Source: a virus (Duplodnaviria > Caudoviricetes). Taken from it: DNA of 29,430 nt. Below, one piece after another: positions 1-7,756 of the stretch (within the stretch, counting starts at the first letter, position 1; the number at the start of each line of letters is the position of its first letter). Location: positions 1-29,430 of IMG/VR virus record IMGVR_UViG_3300032247_001094, one strand, 5' to 3'. Under the pieces are notes generated by a model. It worked only from the letters and a program-made list of their open reading frames with translations, had not been told where the DNA came from and ran no database searches. Made by a program: the position numbers and the translations under genes.

Positions 1-711
1 CGCACCTGCTATGGTGAGTGGACCTTCATACCATTCGTATACGATGGTGCTTTGGTTGGCATTGTTGTTGCCAATTTCATATTCTAAGATTTTGATTATG
101 TCTGCGGCATTGGCACTGCCGTTTTGAAAACTCACCACGGGACGCATGGTGTTGTCCATCATCCACCCGCGAGTGGCATTGGTGGCATGATTGTTAAAAC
201 TGTATTTGTCGCCGGCGTCTTCAGTTGTCACAACTGTGATGATATTGCCAATGGTGGCTGTAACATTGCCGGTGATGCCGTTGACCCAGACATTACCTGA
301 CACAGCGGGCATCTGTGTGATGCTGACATTGCCCAGGGCAGGTAGTTGATCAATGCTGACATTGCCCCAAACATGCACATTGCCTGTCACAGCCGGAAGT
401 GTGGTAATGCCACCAACATTGCCTATCACGCTTACATTGGCATTGCCGCCTGTGACTGTTATGTTGCCTTGTACCGGAACAAATGTGGTCAAGTTGCCAA
501 ATGTGCCAACTTCGGTTAGATGGACATGAACTGGATCAGTGGGGCTAGATGCAACATTGACAGTGCCTGGCACATTGACATTGCCTGAGATAATAATGTT
601 GCCAGCAAAGCCGGTACGCATGACAATGTCATCGTTGTCATCAACATATAATGCGTTGTTGATATTTTTTAAACGATAGTCGGCTAAGGGTAATTTATTA
701 CTGGTGCTCAA
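1..711 (-). CDS. Partial (runs off the left edge) fibre-like/virion structural protein with GN[VI] beta-strand repeats
   Basis: Not in the ORF track. Translated by hand from a TTG at 711: MSTSNKLPLADYRLKNINNALYVDD...GNVSIDQLPALGNVSITQMPAVSGNVW...YEWYEGPLTIAGA, open to base 1. Start codon is uncertain. Confidence 0.75.
   Translation of the reverse strand, partial: MSTSNKLPLADYRLKNINNALYVDDNDDIVMRTGFAGNIIISGNVNVPGTVNVASSPTDPVHVHLTEVGTFGNLTTFVPVQGNITVTGGNANVSVIGNVGGITTLPAVTGNVHVWGNVSIDQLPALGNVSITQMPAVSGNVWVNGITGNVTATIGNIITVVTTEDAGDKYSFNNHATNATRGWMMDNTMRPVVSFQNGSANAADIIKILEYEIGNNNANQSTIVYEWYEGPLTIAGA
320..367. repeat. 15-bp direct repeat ATGCTGACATTGCCC, 33-bp spacing, inside the fibre gene
   Basis: Copies at 320-334 and 353-367 encode the 11-aa units GNVSIDQLPAL / GNVSITQMPAV. 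Confidence 0.8.
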
Positions 712-714
712 TGA

Positions 715-1131
715 TTAGCTCCAAGGTCGACCCTGGACCAATCCGCCAGTGTTGGGGTTATCTACTATGGTGTCACCAGAGTACTTGGTAGGTAGATCAT
801 TGATTGTCAAGGTGTGCGTTTTACTAGATGCTGTTCTATCAAGTCCTGCCAGGGCCAATTTGGCTTCTTGTCTAAGCTGACGAGTGGATAGTCTTGATAT
901 CTTGTTGTGTGTTCTTAGTACTGTTCCTGTTGCAATGCCTAAACTGTCAAGAGTAGCAGATTCGCTTAAGACTGATTCGTTTTGCACTATGTCGTACCAG
1001 GTGTTATCAAAACTCTGTGCTGTGTTAATGGCTGTTTTTAGTTGAGCAATTGTTTGACCATTGTCAATGGTGTAACTATCGTATACGGCTGTGTTTAATA
1101 AACTCTGAACGGTGATTGTAATATTGGCCAT
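715..1131 (-). CDS. Ubiquitin-like (beta-grasp) domain protein with a phage-type C-terminal extension
   Basis: Residues ~3-74 follow the ubiquitin pattern (ITVQSL...TIAQLKTAI...LSESATLDSLGIATGTVL). AAGGA RBS upstream. Confidence 0.6.
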   Translation of the reverse strand: MANITITVQSLLNTAVYDSYTIDNGQTIAQLKTAINTAQSFDNTWYDIVQNESVLSESATLDSLGIATGTVLRTHNKISRLSTRQLRQEAKLALAGLDRTASSKTHTLTINDLPTKYSGDTIVDNPNTGGLVQGRPWS

Positions 1132-1133
1132 GC

Positions 1134-1376
1134 TTATTCCTTGGCTTGAAAGTCAGGGTACATACTAGGGGCATTGGTTCTAATATCACTAGGATGTTTT
1201 GGTTTATTTACATCATCGCCTTGTGCAATAATTGTAGCAATGGGTTGTTCTACTTCGTGGGGTGCATTTGCATATTCTGCAGAATTTGATGAAGCCACAT
1301 CAGGTTCCTGTGCAGCTGTCAAGTTTAATGTACCTGTCCAGTCTAATGTTTTACCAATAATTTCACTAACTCTCAT
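1134..1376 (-). CDS. Hypothetical protein with MRVSEII leader (probable virion/head protein)
   Basis: 80 aa ORF, GGGA RBS, TAAATA motif just upstream. Confidence 0.75.
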   Translation of the reverse strand: MRVSEIIGKTLDWTGTLNLTAAQEPDVASSNSAEYANAPHEVEQPIATIIAQGDDVNKPKHPSDIRTNAPSMYPDFQAKE

Positions 1377-1394
1377 GATTTATCCCGTATCGAG

Positions 1395-1400
1395 TATTTA
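1395..1400 (-). promoter_or_regulatory. Late-type promoter motif TAAATA
   Basis: ggcTAAATActcg directly after the terminator and upstream of the RBS of 1376; resembles the T4 late promoter TATAAATA. Confidence 0.6.
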
Positions 1401-1403
1401 GCC

Positions 1404-1429
1404 AAAAAGAAACCCGCCGAAGCGGGTTT
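1404..1429 (-). terminator. Rho-independent terminator with C(UUCG)G tetraloop
   Basis: mRNA AAACCCGC-UUCG-GCGGGUUU-CUUUUU. Confidence 0.9.
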
Positions 1430-1444
1430 ACATACTCAGTAAGC

Positions 1445-1708
1445 TCAATGCAACATGTCAGTTTCAATTTCCCAATATGTACTGCCACGATTTTCTGCTG
1501 ATTCGATAGCAACATCAAATGGGTCATCTGTTAGTTGAATTACTTCTAGTATTGATTTACCCAGTTCCTGCAATCTAGGGTCATCTATCCACTCTTTGGC
1601 CAACATACGATATCCTTCTAGAACTGTTTCTTGTTGATCTGCATCAAGGTCTGCAATATCAACTTCTCCAGTATGAACAGCAATCATGAGTTTTTGTAAT
1701 TTTTTCAC
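1445..1708 (-). CDS. Hypothetical acidic protein
   Basis: 87 aa, GTGA overlap with the upstream gene, ends ...ETDMLH. Confidence 0.7.
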   Translation of the reverse strand: MKKLQKLMIAVHTGEVDIADLDADQQETVLEGYRMLAKEWIDDPRLQELGKSILEVIQLTDDPFDVAIESAENRGSTYWEIETDMLH

Positions 1709-1872
1709 AGTTGAGCCTTGATACGGTTAATTAATTCATTTGCTTCTGCAAACTCTACAGGGTGTATCTTTTCCACAGATTCGGGATTGACCATTTGAAA
1801 ATTTTCCCAACCCTTAAGTTGCCCTGCAGGAATAGTCCAGCGTATAACAAAAGAGTATTTTTCTGGATCCAT
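1705..1872 (-). CDS. Hypothetical protein (55 aa, MDPEKYSF...)
   Basis: Start moved to the ATG at 1872, which immediately follows the upstream stop (1874-1876); the longer track ORF overlaps the neighbour. Confidence 0.6.
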   Translation of the reverse strand: MDPEKYSFVIRWTIPAGQLKGWENFQMVNPESVEKIHPVEFAEANELINRIKAQL

Positions 1873-1873
1873 A

Positions 1874-2098
1874 TTATGCCCAAAAAGATTCATTACGTTG
1901 TTCAGCACCAATTGCACTGTATACCTGTTCACGTACATCGGTGTCAGTTGCTTCACCGTATTTGTCTTTGTTGCCCAATGCAATCAATGCTTTGTATGTT
2001 TCGGACCAAGTCCAGCGTTTTGCTCGGGCTCGTTTTACAATGGTTGCAACTCGCTTGTTGCCTGCTGTACTAAACATACCATAATCTTTAACTAGCAT
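1874..2098 (-). CDS. Hypothetical protein (MLVKDYGMFSTAGN...EATDTDVRE)
   Basis: GGAG-N6-ATG at 2098; sigma70-like promoter upstream. Confidence 0.7.
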   Translation of the reverse strand: MLVKDYGMFSTAGNKRVATIVKRARAKRWTWSETYKALIALGNKDKYGEATDTDVREQVYSAIGAEQRNESFWA

Positions 2099-2129
2099 TT
2101 CAAACTCCGTGTTGTTTAACAATGCTTAA

Positions 2130-2158
2130 ATTATACAACAGAAATTGGCAATTTTCTA
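2130..2158 (-). promoter_or_regulatory. Sigma70-like promoter
   Basis: TAGAAA-N17-TATAAT in the intergenic gap; -35 is weak. Confidence 0.55.
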
Positions 2159-2199
2159 AGAGTATTTTTCAATTGTTGCGTAAAACCAACAGTAGTACT

Positions 2200-2433
2200 T
2201 TAGTGTAAAGTTTCCTCGTCATCAATGTCCTGTATGTCACGTATGCCAAATATCTTTAGAATACGCTCAACAGTTTTGGGAGCCTTGAATGGAATAACAT
2301 CGGGCAAGATTATAGATTTGATTTTACCATCGGGGCCAATCACAAAACAGTAGTCGTCAGCGTCGGGGGCGCCGTCGTACATCTCATTTATTTCATTGAT
2401 GTCTTCTTCTTGTTGTTTGGTTAACTTGCTCAT
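2200..2433 (-). CDS. Hypothetical acidic protein (77 aa)
   Basis: GGAG RBS and ATGA overlap with the upstream stop place the start at 2433; ends ...DEETLH. Confidence 0.7.
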   Translation of the reverse strand: MSKLTKQQEEDINEINEMYDGAPDADDYCFVIGPDGKIKSIILPDVIPFKAPKTVERILKIFGIRDIQDIDDEETLH

Positions 2434-3041
2434 ATCTGCTCCAATTGTTCTTGGTATTTGCATACCTGTTTTTCTAATCGAGTAACAATGTTTGTGTCAT
2501 GGGCAAACGTAGTTTGATATACTCCATACATTGCACATTCATGTATGGGTTTTGAAAACACCTGCATCTCGGCGGCAATACTAAAAGCATAAGCCTCAAT
2601 CTCGTCATCTCCGCCAAGATAGTTTTGCTCATCACTTTCACCGGTGTAGGCATTTAATTTAGGTGTCCGGCCGTTTAGATGTTGATCTCTATGAACCAAT
2701 TCATGACCAATACATTCTGCAACGTCAAAGCTGAGTTGGTTCCAATCGATCAAATCCGCAAAGTACAGGTTCTGGTCTGGATGGTAACATAATGTAATTG
2801 TAATGCTTGGTAAAAAACTAGCATCGTCAAAGCAATCGTAGAGTCCACTCACGATCACTGTGTCGGGATCAACTGAATAATCCCGATATGTTTTGAACAC
2901 GAAATCTGTTGCAGGAAACTGTCTACGTATTATTTTTGTGATCTCGCTACCGCTGTAACTGCGACCCGCAATACGCTGACCCAATGCCTGCATTTTTTTG
3001 TATGCATCATTGAACATACTGAGATGTGCAGTTGATAACAT
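2430..3041 (-). CDS. Zincin-like metallopeptidase
   Basis: HELVH (HExxH) plus downstream YL...EIEAYA third-ligand helix. Confidence 0.7.
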   Translation of the reverse strand: MLSTAHLSMFNDAYKKMQALGQRIAGRSYSGSEITKIIRRQFPATDFVFKTYRDYSVDPDTVIVSGLYDCFDDASFLPSITITLCYHPDQNLYFADLIDWNQLSFDVAECIGHELVHRDQHLNGRTPKLNAYTGESDEQNYLGGDDEIEAYAFSIAAEMQVFSKPIHECAMYGVYQTTFAHDTNIVTRLEKQVCKYQEQLEQI

Positions 3042-3361
3042 TATTTGAATAATATGAATGCCATTATTACCGCTTGAGTAATAAACCCTGCACCATTTGT
3101 AATAATGTTCAAACTGTTCTTAAGAATGATTGCTCGACAAAACATAAGCACCAGCCCGCCCCAGGCAAACAACACAACGTCCAAGGTCGGTGTGCGATCA
3201 CTTAGTCTAGTCATTATGGCCAACAAGGTTGGAATGGTTGCACAGTGAATTACAATAATACTGAGCCACTCTAGTGTGTCTGCAGAGATTTTATAAAGAT
3301 GCTGTTCAAGAAAAGCGTTGATGCTATTTCTAACAACATTAATATCAAGATTAAATTTCAT
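3041..3361 (-). CDS. 3-TM membrane protein, SemiSWEET/PQ-loop-like (holin role possible)
   Basis: Three hydrophobic helices; ATIPT at the PQ-loop position, G in TM2, IITN in TM3. AAGGA RBS gives start 3361. Confidence 0.55.
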   Translation of the reverse strand: MKFNLDINVVRNSINAFLEQHLYKISADTLEWLSIIVIHCATIPTLLAIMTRLSDRTPTLDVVLFAWGGLVLMFCRAIILKNSLNIITNGAGFITQAVIMAFILFK

Positions 3362-3362
3362 A

Positions 3363-3938
3363 TCAATCCTTATAGAAAATATGGTGACCAATTTGGGTAA
3401 TTTTTGGTTTCCCCCATCTTGGATTTATATGGTCAGCATGAAAGTAAATTGCATCTTTCATTCCCGGTAGTCGGAAATTTTCAAGCAATACTTTTTTTGC
3501 TACTTCTTCGCTTTCTTTATACAAGGCAGGGTACACAGCTTTCATACTACTACTGGGTATACATGCCCACGAAAATTGGCAAATAACTTTTTCATATATG
3601 ATATTTTTCTGATATACTACTCCACAGACATCACGTCCAAAACGACCGTTGTCCACTCGGTTCATTGTGACTTGTGCTACTGCAACTTTACCTTCAAACG
3701 GCTCGCTGGCCGCCTCCCAATAAATGTTTTTTGTCAAGCAATCTAATTGCTTGGTACGATCAGCTGCGCTGACGAATCCCTGACGGTAGACATCGCTGTC
3801 TAGTTCAAGTTTGTTAAACTTAGTCTGTGTCACTGACCATAGCAGTGCCATCACTAAAGTAAATGCTAGAAATTGGACAATATTTCTAGAAAGAGTAAAC
3901 CAAAAATTAGGCTTACCGTTTGACTTTTTATTTGTCAT
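3363..3938 (-). CDS. Cell wall hydrolase, SleB/Hydrolase_2 family, with N-terminal TM anchor
   Basis: CL..NIYWEA..E...GKVAVAQV..NRV, CGVVYQ, CQFSW, YFHA, IGHHIFY motifs; AGGAG RBS. Confidence 0.92.
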   Translation of the reverse strand: MTNKKSNGKPNFWFTLSRNIVQFLAFTLVMALLWSVTQTKFNKLELDSDVYRQGFVSAADRTKQLDCLTKNIYWEAASEPFEGKVAVAQVTMNRVDNGRFGRDVCGVVYQKNIIYEKVICQFSWACIPSSSMKAVYPALYKESEEVAKKVLLENFRLPGMKDAIYFHADHINPRWGKPKITQIGHHIFYKD

Positions 3939-4022
3939 ACTTTCTCCTTTGTTCTTTCTGTAGTTTTATATAACCACAAAAATTTTTGAGTTAAAGACTA
4001 CTATAACCCGTAAAGCACATAT

Positions 4023-4051
4023 ATTATAGCGGTTTTTATAACTATTTTCAA
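4023..4051 (-). promoter_or_regulatory. Sigma70 promoter of the SleB operon
   Basis: TTGAAA-N17-TATAAT. Confidence 0.8.
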
Positions 4052-4069
4052 GATAACTGAGCAGTTAAC

Positions 4070-5719
4070 TCAAGTTGACTGTATCTTTTTCAGTACTGCC
4101 ATGGGGTCAATCTTGGTGGTGTTGGCAATTCCTGCTGCCGCTGATGCCGCAATATTTTTGCCTTCCATGAGCGTTGCCTTGATGGCATCACCATAAACAC
4201 TGTCACCGGCCATGCTCGTTAACATAGTATTAAACCCCAGTTGTTGCTTGTCAACTCCCATGTCATGAAGTTTACTTGCCGCACCAAGTAAGGCAGTTGG
4301 CGGTGGAGTCACTGCCGCAGTTGGAGTGATTCCCGCAACTGACAAGTTGCTAACTTCGGTTGCCAATTGAGTTGCAGTGGCCGCAAGAGCTGCTGTACTG
4401 TCACTTACAATTTTAGCCAAGTCGGCATTGCCACTTGATGTAATTGCCGTTTGTGAAGCAACAAATGCAGCCAATTTTGTGGGATTGGTTGGATCAGATG
4501 CCAGGGCATCAGCCGCAGATTTAAAAGCCTGCCCGACTGGACTAGACATAATTTTGGTTTGTGCATCGGCCAAACTTGCAAGAGCATCGGTGTGACCATG
4601 GCCGGCTGCGGTGCCAATAATATCGTTGACAGTTGGGTTACCAAATGGACCTGCACCAGCCCCGAGCATGGGGGCAAATGCCGCCTTGATATCGTCTGGC
4701 AACGGACTGGCAAGAGCATCCATATGTTTTAAATCAGGAACTTGAATTCCGCCCAGCATCTTGGCCAAATCTGCGGGTGATTTAAAAGATCCGCCCATGT
4801 TTGTCAACGCATTTCCTAATCCAGCAAAATTGCCGCCGGGTAGTTTGCTTAAAATATCTCCGGGTAGAATTTTCTTGGCATCAAGCAAATCAGCAGCATT
4901 TTCCACACTTGCTGTTGCCGGAAGTTGCATACCAGTCTGGGCTATGATCTTTTGTAAATCACTACCTGAAATACTAGATAATGCTTGTTTCACCAAATCC
5001 GGATCAGCACCAGCAATATCAGTTGGGTCAACTCCCAATGACAATAACTTATCACTAAGTCCGCCCACTGATCCTAACCCTTGTTTTTGTAAGTTAGCTA
5101 CAAATCCAGTAGGATCAAACATTTTCTGCAGATTTGTTGTATCAAATGCCTTGCCAAAACTGCTAAACGCAGTTCCAAGGGCAGCAAAATCGGGTTTGGC
5201 AGTAAGTGCGGCTGCACTCAATCCGGGCATACTGGGCAAGTTTGGCAACTTTAATCCCAATCCGTCAAGTGAAGGTAATTTGATACCGCCAGGACTTAAA
5301 ATCTGACTTAGGCCACCGCTGGCCATATCACTAAACTTACTCATGCCGCCGCCAAAATCACCAAAGCCCTTGCTTGATGCTTCGACTATTGCAGCCGACC
5401 ATGCAAAACTTGCAGAGCCAAACGCACTGGCACTGGAGAAATTACTGATAAACTTTTTAGTATCTGGGGCAATTGATGCGGCTGTGGTGGAAATCTTGTC
5501 GGTAATACTGGCGCCGCTCTCGTCTAGCCCAGTTAGCCAACTTGGCATTGTGGGCCCTGTTCCCCCAAATGCGGCTGTGACATTGGCCAGAGATTGTGTC
5601 AGCACACTATTGCTAAAGGTACTGATCTTACTGGTTAGCTCACCACTAACTCCAAGTCCTTGACCTTGTAAAAAACCGCCTGCGGCAATGAGCATGGCGG
5701 GACTGATAGATCCACTCAT
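4070..5719 (-). CDS. Ala/Gly/Ser-rich probable virion (tail/baseplate-associated) protein
   Basis: 549 aa, low charge, follows PAAR, AGGA RBS, TAAGTA motif at 5739-5744; function inferred from context only. Confidence 0.55.
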   Translation of the reverse strand: MSGSISPAMLIAAGGFLQGQGLGVSGELTSKISTFSNSVLTQSLANVTAAFGGTGPTMPSWLTGLDESGASITDKISTTAASIAPDTKKFISNFSSASAFGSASFAWSAAIVEASSKGFGDFGGGMSKFSDMASGGLSQILSPGGIKLPSLDGLGLKLPNLPSMPGLSAAALTAKPDFAALGTAFSSFGKAFDTTNLQKMFDPTGFVANLQKQGLGSVGGLSDKLLSLGVDPTDIAGADPDLVKQALSSISGSDLQKIIAQTGMQLPATASVENAADLLDAKKILPGDILSKLPGGNFAGLGNALTNMGGSFKSPADLAKMLGGIQVPDLKHMDALASPLPDDIKAAFAPMLGAGAGPFGNPTVNDIIGTAAGHGHTDALASLADAQTKIMSSPVGQAFKSAADALASDPTNPTKLAAFVASQTAITSSGNADLAKIVSDSTAALAATATQLATEVSNLSVAGITPTAAVTPPPTALLGAASKLHDMGVDKQQLGFNTMLTSMAGDSVYGDAIKATLMEGKNIAASAAAGIANTTKIDPMAVLKKIQST

Positions 5720-5741
5720 AATTATTATCCTATATTAATAC

Positions 5742-6035
5742 TTATGACCCAGTTTCTACGTCCGGACTACCTGCTGCAACTGTGTGTCCGCAACTGAGAT
5801 CACTGCCCACAAAGGCCAAAGGTTGCCCATTTACAATGACTGAGCTACTTCCGGTTGTTATAGTTGCGGCCTCATGGGGTTTATGTTTTGCTGCCGGGGT
5901 GTACGGTGCATGACTACTGTCAACACTACCAACAGTGGCTGCACCTTGACCGTTAATGATAACATCCGAACTAACTCCACTGGAGATGGCACCATCACTG
6001 GTATCATTACTGGTTAATATTGCGGCTGCTGGCAT
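5742..6035 (-). CDS. PAAR-repeat spike-tip protein (T4 gp5.4-like)
   Basis: MPAAA, VIINGQGAATVGS, H..H, GSSSVIVNGQPLAFVG..LSCGH..A.GSPDV. Confidence 0.9.
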   Translation of the reverse strand: MPAAAILTSNDTSDGAISSGVSSDVIINGQGAATVGSVDSSHAPYTPAAKHKPHEAATITTGSSSVIVNGQPLAFVGSDLSCGHTVAAGSPDVETGS

Positions 6036-6349
6036 TATACAATAATACTCTGTTTGGGAATTACATCAACACCTGTGGTGGTTTTGATATAATGAACCCG
6101 CATTTGTTCTAAACTTTCTGCATGGAACATGATGTGTGTTCTGTTTAGAAATACCTTGGCATCATCCTTGGCACTAAACAAACTTTGCATCAGCCCAAGA
6201 CCTTGTTGACTTGGCATGACTGTACACGGTGCTGCAACTGACCAACCATCAACTGTTTCTTCTAATACCTTGGCAATGACTTCGTCGCCATTGACCAATT
6301 TGAAACTCACCACATCACCAGATGCGTATTTTTGATTTGATACCAACAT
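6035..6349 (-). CDS. Hypothetical phage protein, possible Sm-like fold
   Basis: VVSFKLVNGDEVIAKV pattern; TAATG coupling at both ends. Confidence 0.6.
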   Translation of the reverse strand: MLVSNQKYASGDVVSFKLVNGDEVIAKVLEETVDGWSVAAPCTVMPSQQGLGLMQSLFSAKDDAKVFLNRTHIMFHAESLEQMRVHYIKTTTGVDVIPKQSIIV

Positions 6350-6591
6350 TATAGAGCCGCCTTCAATTCTTCTTCATTTAATTTACGCAGTCCGTTGAAT
6401 CCACCTTCAACAAAAAGTTTGCCGTCTTTGTAAATTTGTGGCACCGTACGATGTCCTTCAGCAAGGATAAAATCCTTTGCTTCTGTTATTTCATCAATCT
6501 TTAATTCCTCATATGGAATGTTTTTATTTTTTAGTAGAGCTTTCGCTTGATCACAAAACGCACAATGATTTTTAGAATAGATTGTTAACAT
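6349..6591 (-). CDS. Glutaredoxin (NrdC/GrxC-like)
   Basis: IYSK..CAFC..AK, TVPQI, GGF motifs; next to nrdB. Confidence 0.95.
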   Translation of the reverse strand: MLTIYSKNHCAFCDQAKALLKNKNIPYEELKIDEITEAKDFILAEGHRTVPQIYKDGKLFVEGGFNGLRKLNEEELKAAL

Positions 6592-6615
6592 AGTTTCCTC
6601 TTTATTGTAATTATC

Positions 6616-7743
6616 TTAAAGACTGAAGCCAGTAAAAGTATTTGAATCAACATCTTGTTTTGTTCCGCCAACCACATAGGAACTAATTTCAGTTTCTTGT
6701 GGTGCCACTTGTACATCTGCACCAGCGATCCATTTAGCGGTCCACGGCAATGGATTGGAGCCAGGTTTAATTCCACAGTCAAGTCCAATTGCAGTCATGC
6801 GTTTACAAGTCAACCAATCAACATATTGGCACAACAACTGTTTATTAAGTCCAATCATTGATCCATCTTTGAACAAATACTCTGCCCATGCTTTCTCTTG
6901 GGCTGCGGCCGCTAAAAACATAGCCGTACATTCTTCTCGGGTGTCTTCTTTGATCTTTGCAAAGGCCGGATCATCAGTTGGTAATAATTTTAATAGAGTT
7001 TGTGTTGACCCTAAATGTACATTTTCATCACGACATATAAGTTTGATGTTCTTTGCATTGCCTTCCATCTTCTTTAGTTCAGCAAACGCCCAAGAACAAG
7101 CAAAGCTCACATAAAATCTAATGCCTTCTAGTGCGTTGACACTGTTAATGGCAAGCCATAGTTTTTTCTTTAAATCGTACATATCAATGTTGACTTCTTT
7201 GCCATTAATGACATGTTTACCAACTCCCAACAAGTTGTAATAACCACCGTATTCAATTATATCATCATAGTACTTTGAGATGTCTTTGGCACAGTTTACA
7301 ATGGGTTCGATTTCCATTAGGCCATCAAAAATCTCACTTGGATTACTGTATATGTTTCTAATAATATGAGTGTAACTACGACTGTGTACAGTCTCGTTGA
7401 ATGCCCATGTAGTAATCCAAGTCTCCAATTCCGGTATGCTAACCAGTGGCAAGAACGCCAGGGTGGGTGAGCGCCCTTGCACTGAGTCTAATAAGATTTG
7501 TCTTTTTAAGTTGCTTGTAAAAATATGTTGTTCAAAATCTGTTAGTTCTTTGAAATCCTTGCTGTCACGCATGATGTCAATTTCCTCAGGTCGCCAAAAG
7601 AACCCCAATTGCTTGTCTGTCAGTTTGTCAAATTGTCTATACTTTAATGTTTCGTAACGCTGAATAGTTACTGGACCACTGGGATCCAGAAACATCAGTG
7701 CTTCGGTATGCTTTTGCTTATTGTTGATATTAAAAACGCTCAT
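6616..7743 (-). CDS. nrdB: Ribonucleotide reductase class Ia beta subunit
   Basis: FFWRPEE, LLDSVQGR, ETVHSRSY, LEGIRFYVSFA, RDENVH, VAPQETEISSY. Confidence 0.98.
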   Translation of the reverse strand: MSVFNINNKQKHTEALMFLDPSGPVTIQRYETLKYRQFDKLTDKQLGFFWRPEEIDIMRDSKDFKELTDFEQHIFTSNLKRQILLDSVQGRSPTLAFLPLVSIPELETWITTWAFNETVHSRSYTHIIRNIYSNPSEIFDGLMEIEPIVNCAKDISKYYDDIIEYGGYYNLLGVGKHVINGKEVNIDMYDLKKKLWLAINSVNALEGIRFYVSFACSWAFAELKKMEGNAKNIKLICRDENVHLGSTQTLLKLLPTDDPAFAKIKEDTREECTAMFLAAAAQEKAWAEYLFKDGSMIGLNKQLLCQYVDWLTCKRMTAIGLDCGIKPGSNPLPWTAKWIAGADVQVAPQETEISSYVVGGTKQDVDSNTFTGFSL

Positions 7744-7756
7744 ATATTTTTCTCTT

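Noticed and set aside
1-711. Many N-x-S/T sequons in fibre proteins, suggesting N-glycosylation
   Set aside because: 9 of 31 Asn by hand count in a Ser/Thr-rich beta-repeat protein; not clearly above compositional expectation
709-717. The Ubl gene and the downstream fibre gene are in frame, separated by one TAA (possible readthrough fusion)
   Set aside because: TAA is the dominant, efficient stop here, a TTG start follows 3 nt later, and in-frame adjacency has a 1-in-3 chance
4377-5663. Long + strand ORFs antisense to the 549-aa gene (and similar ones at 20107-24660)
   Set aside because: Shadow ORFs from the codon bias of Ala/Gly/Thr-rich genes; no recognisable motifs
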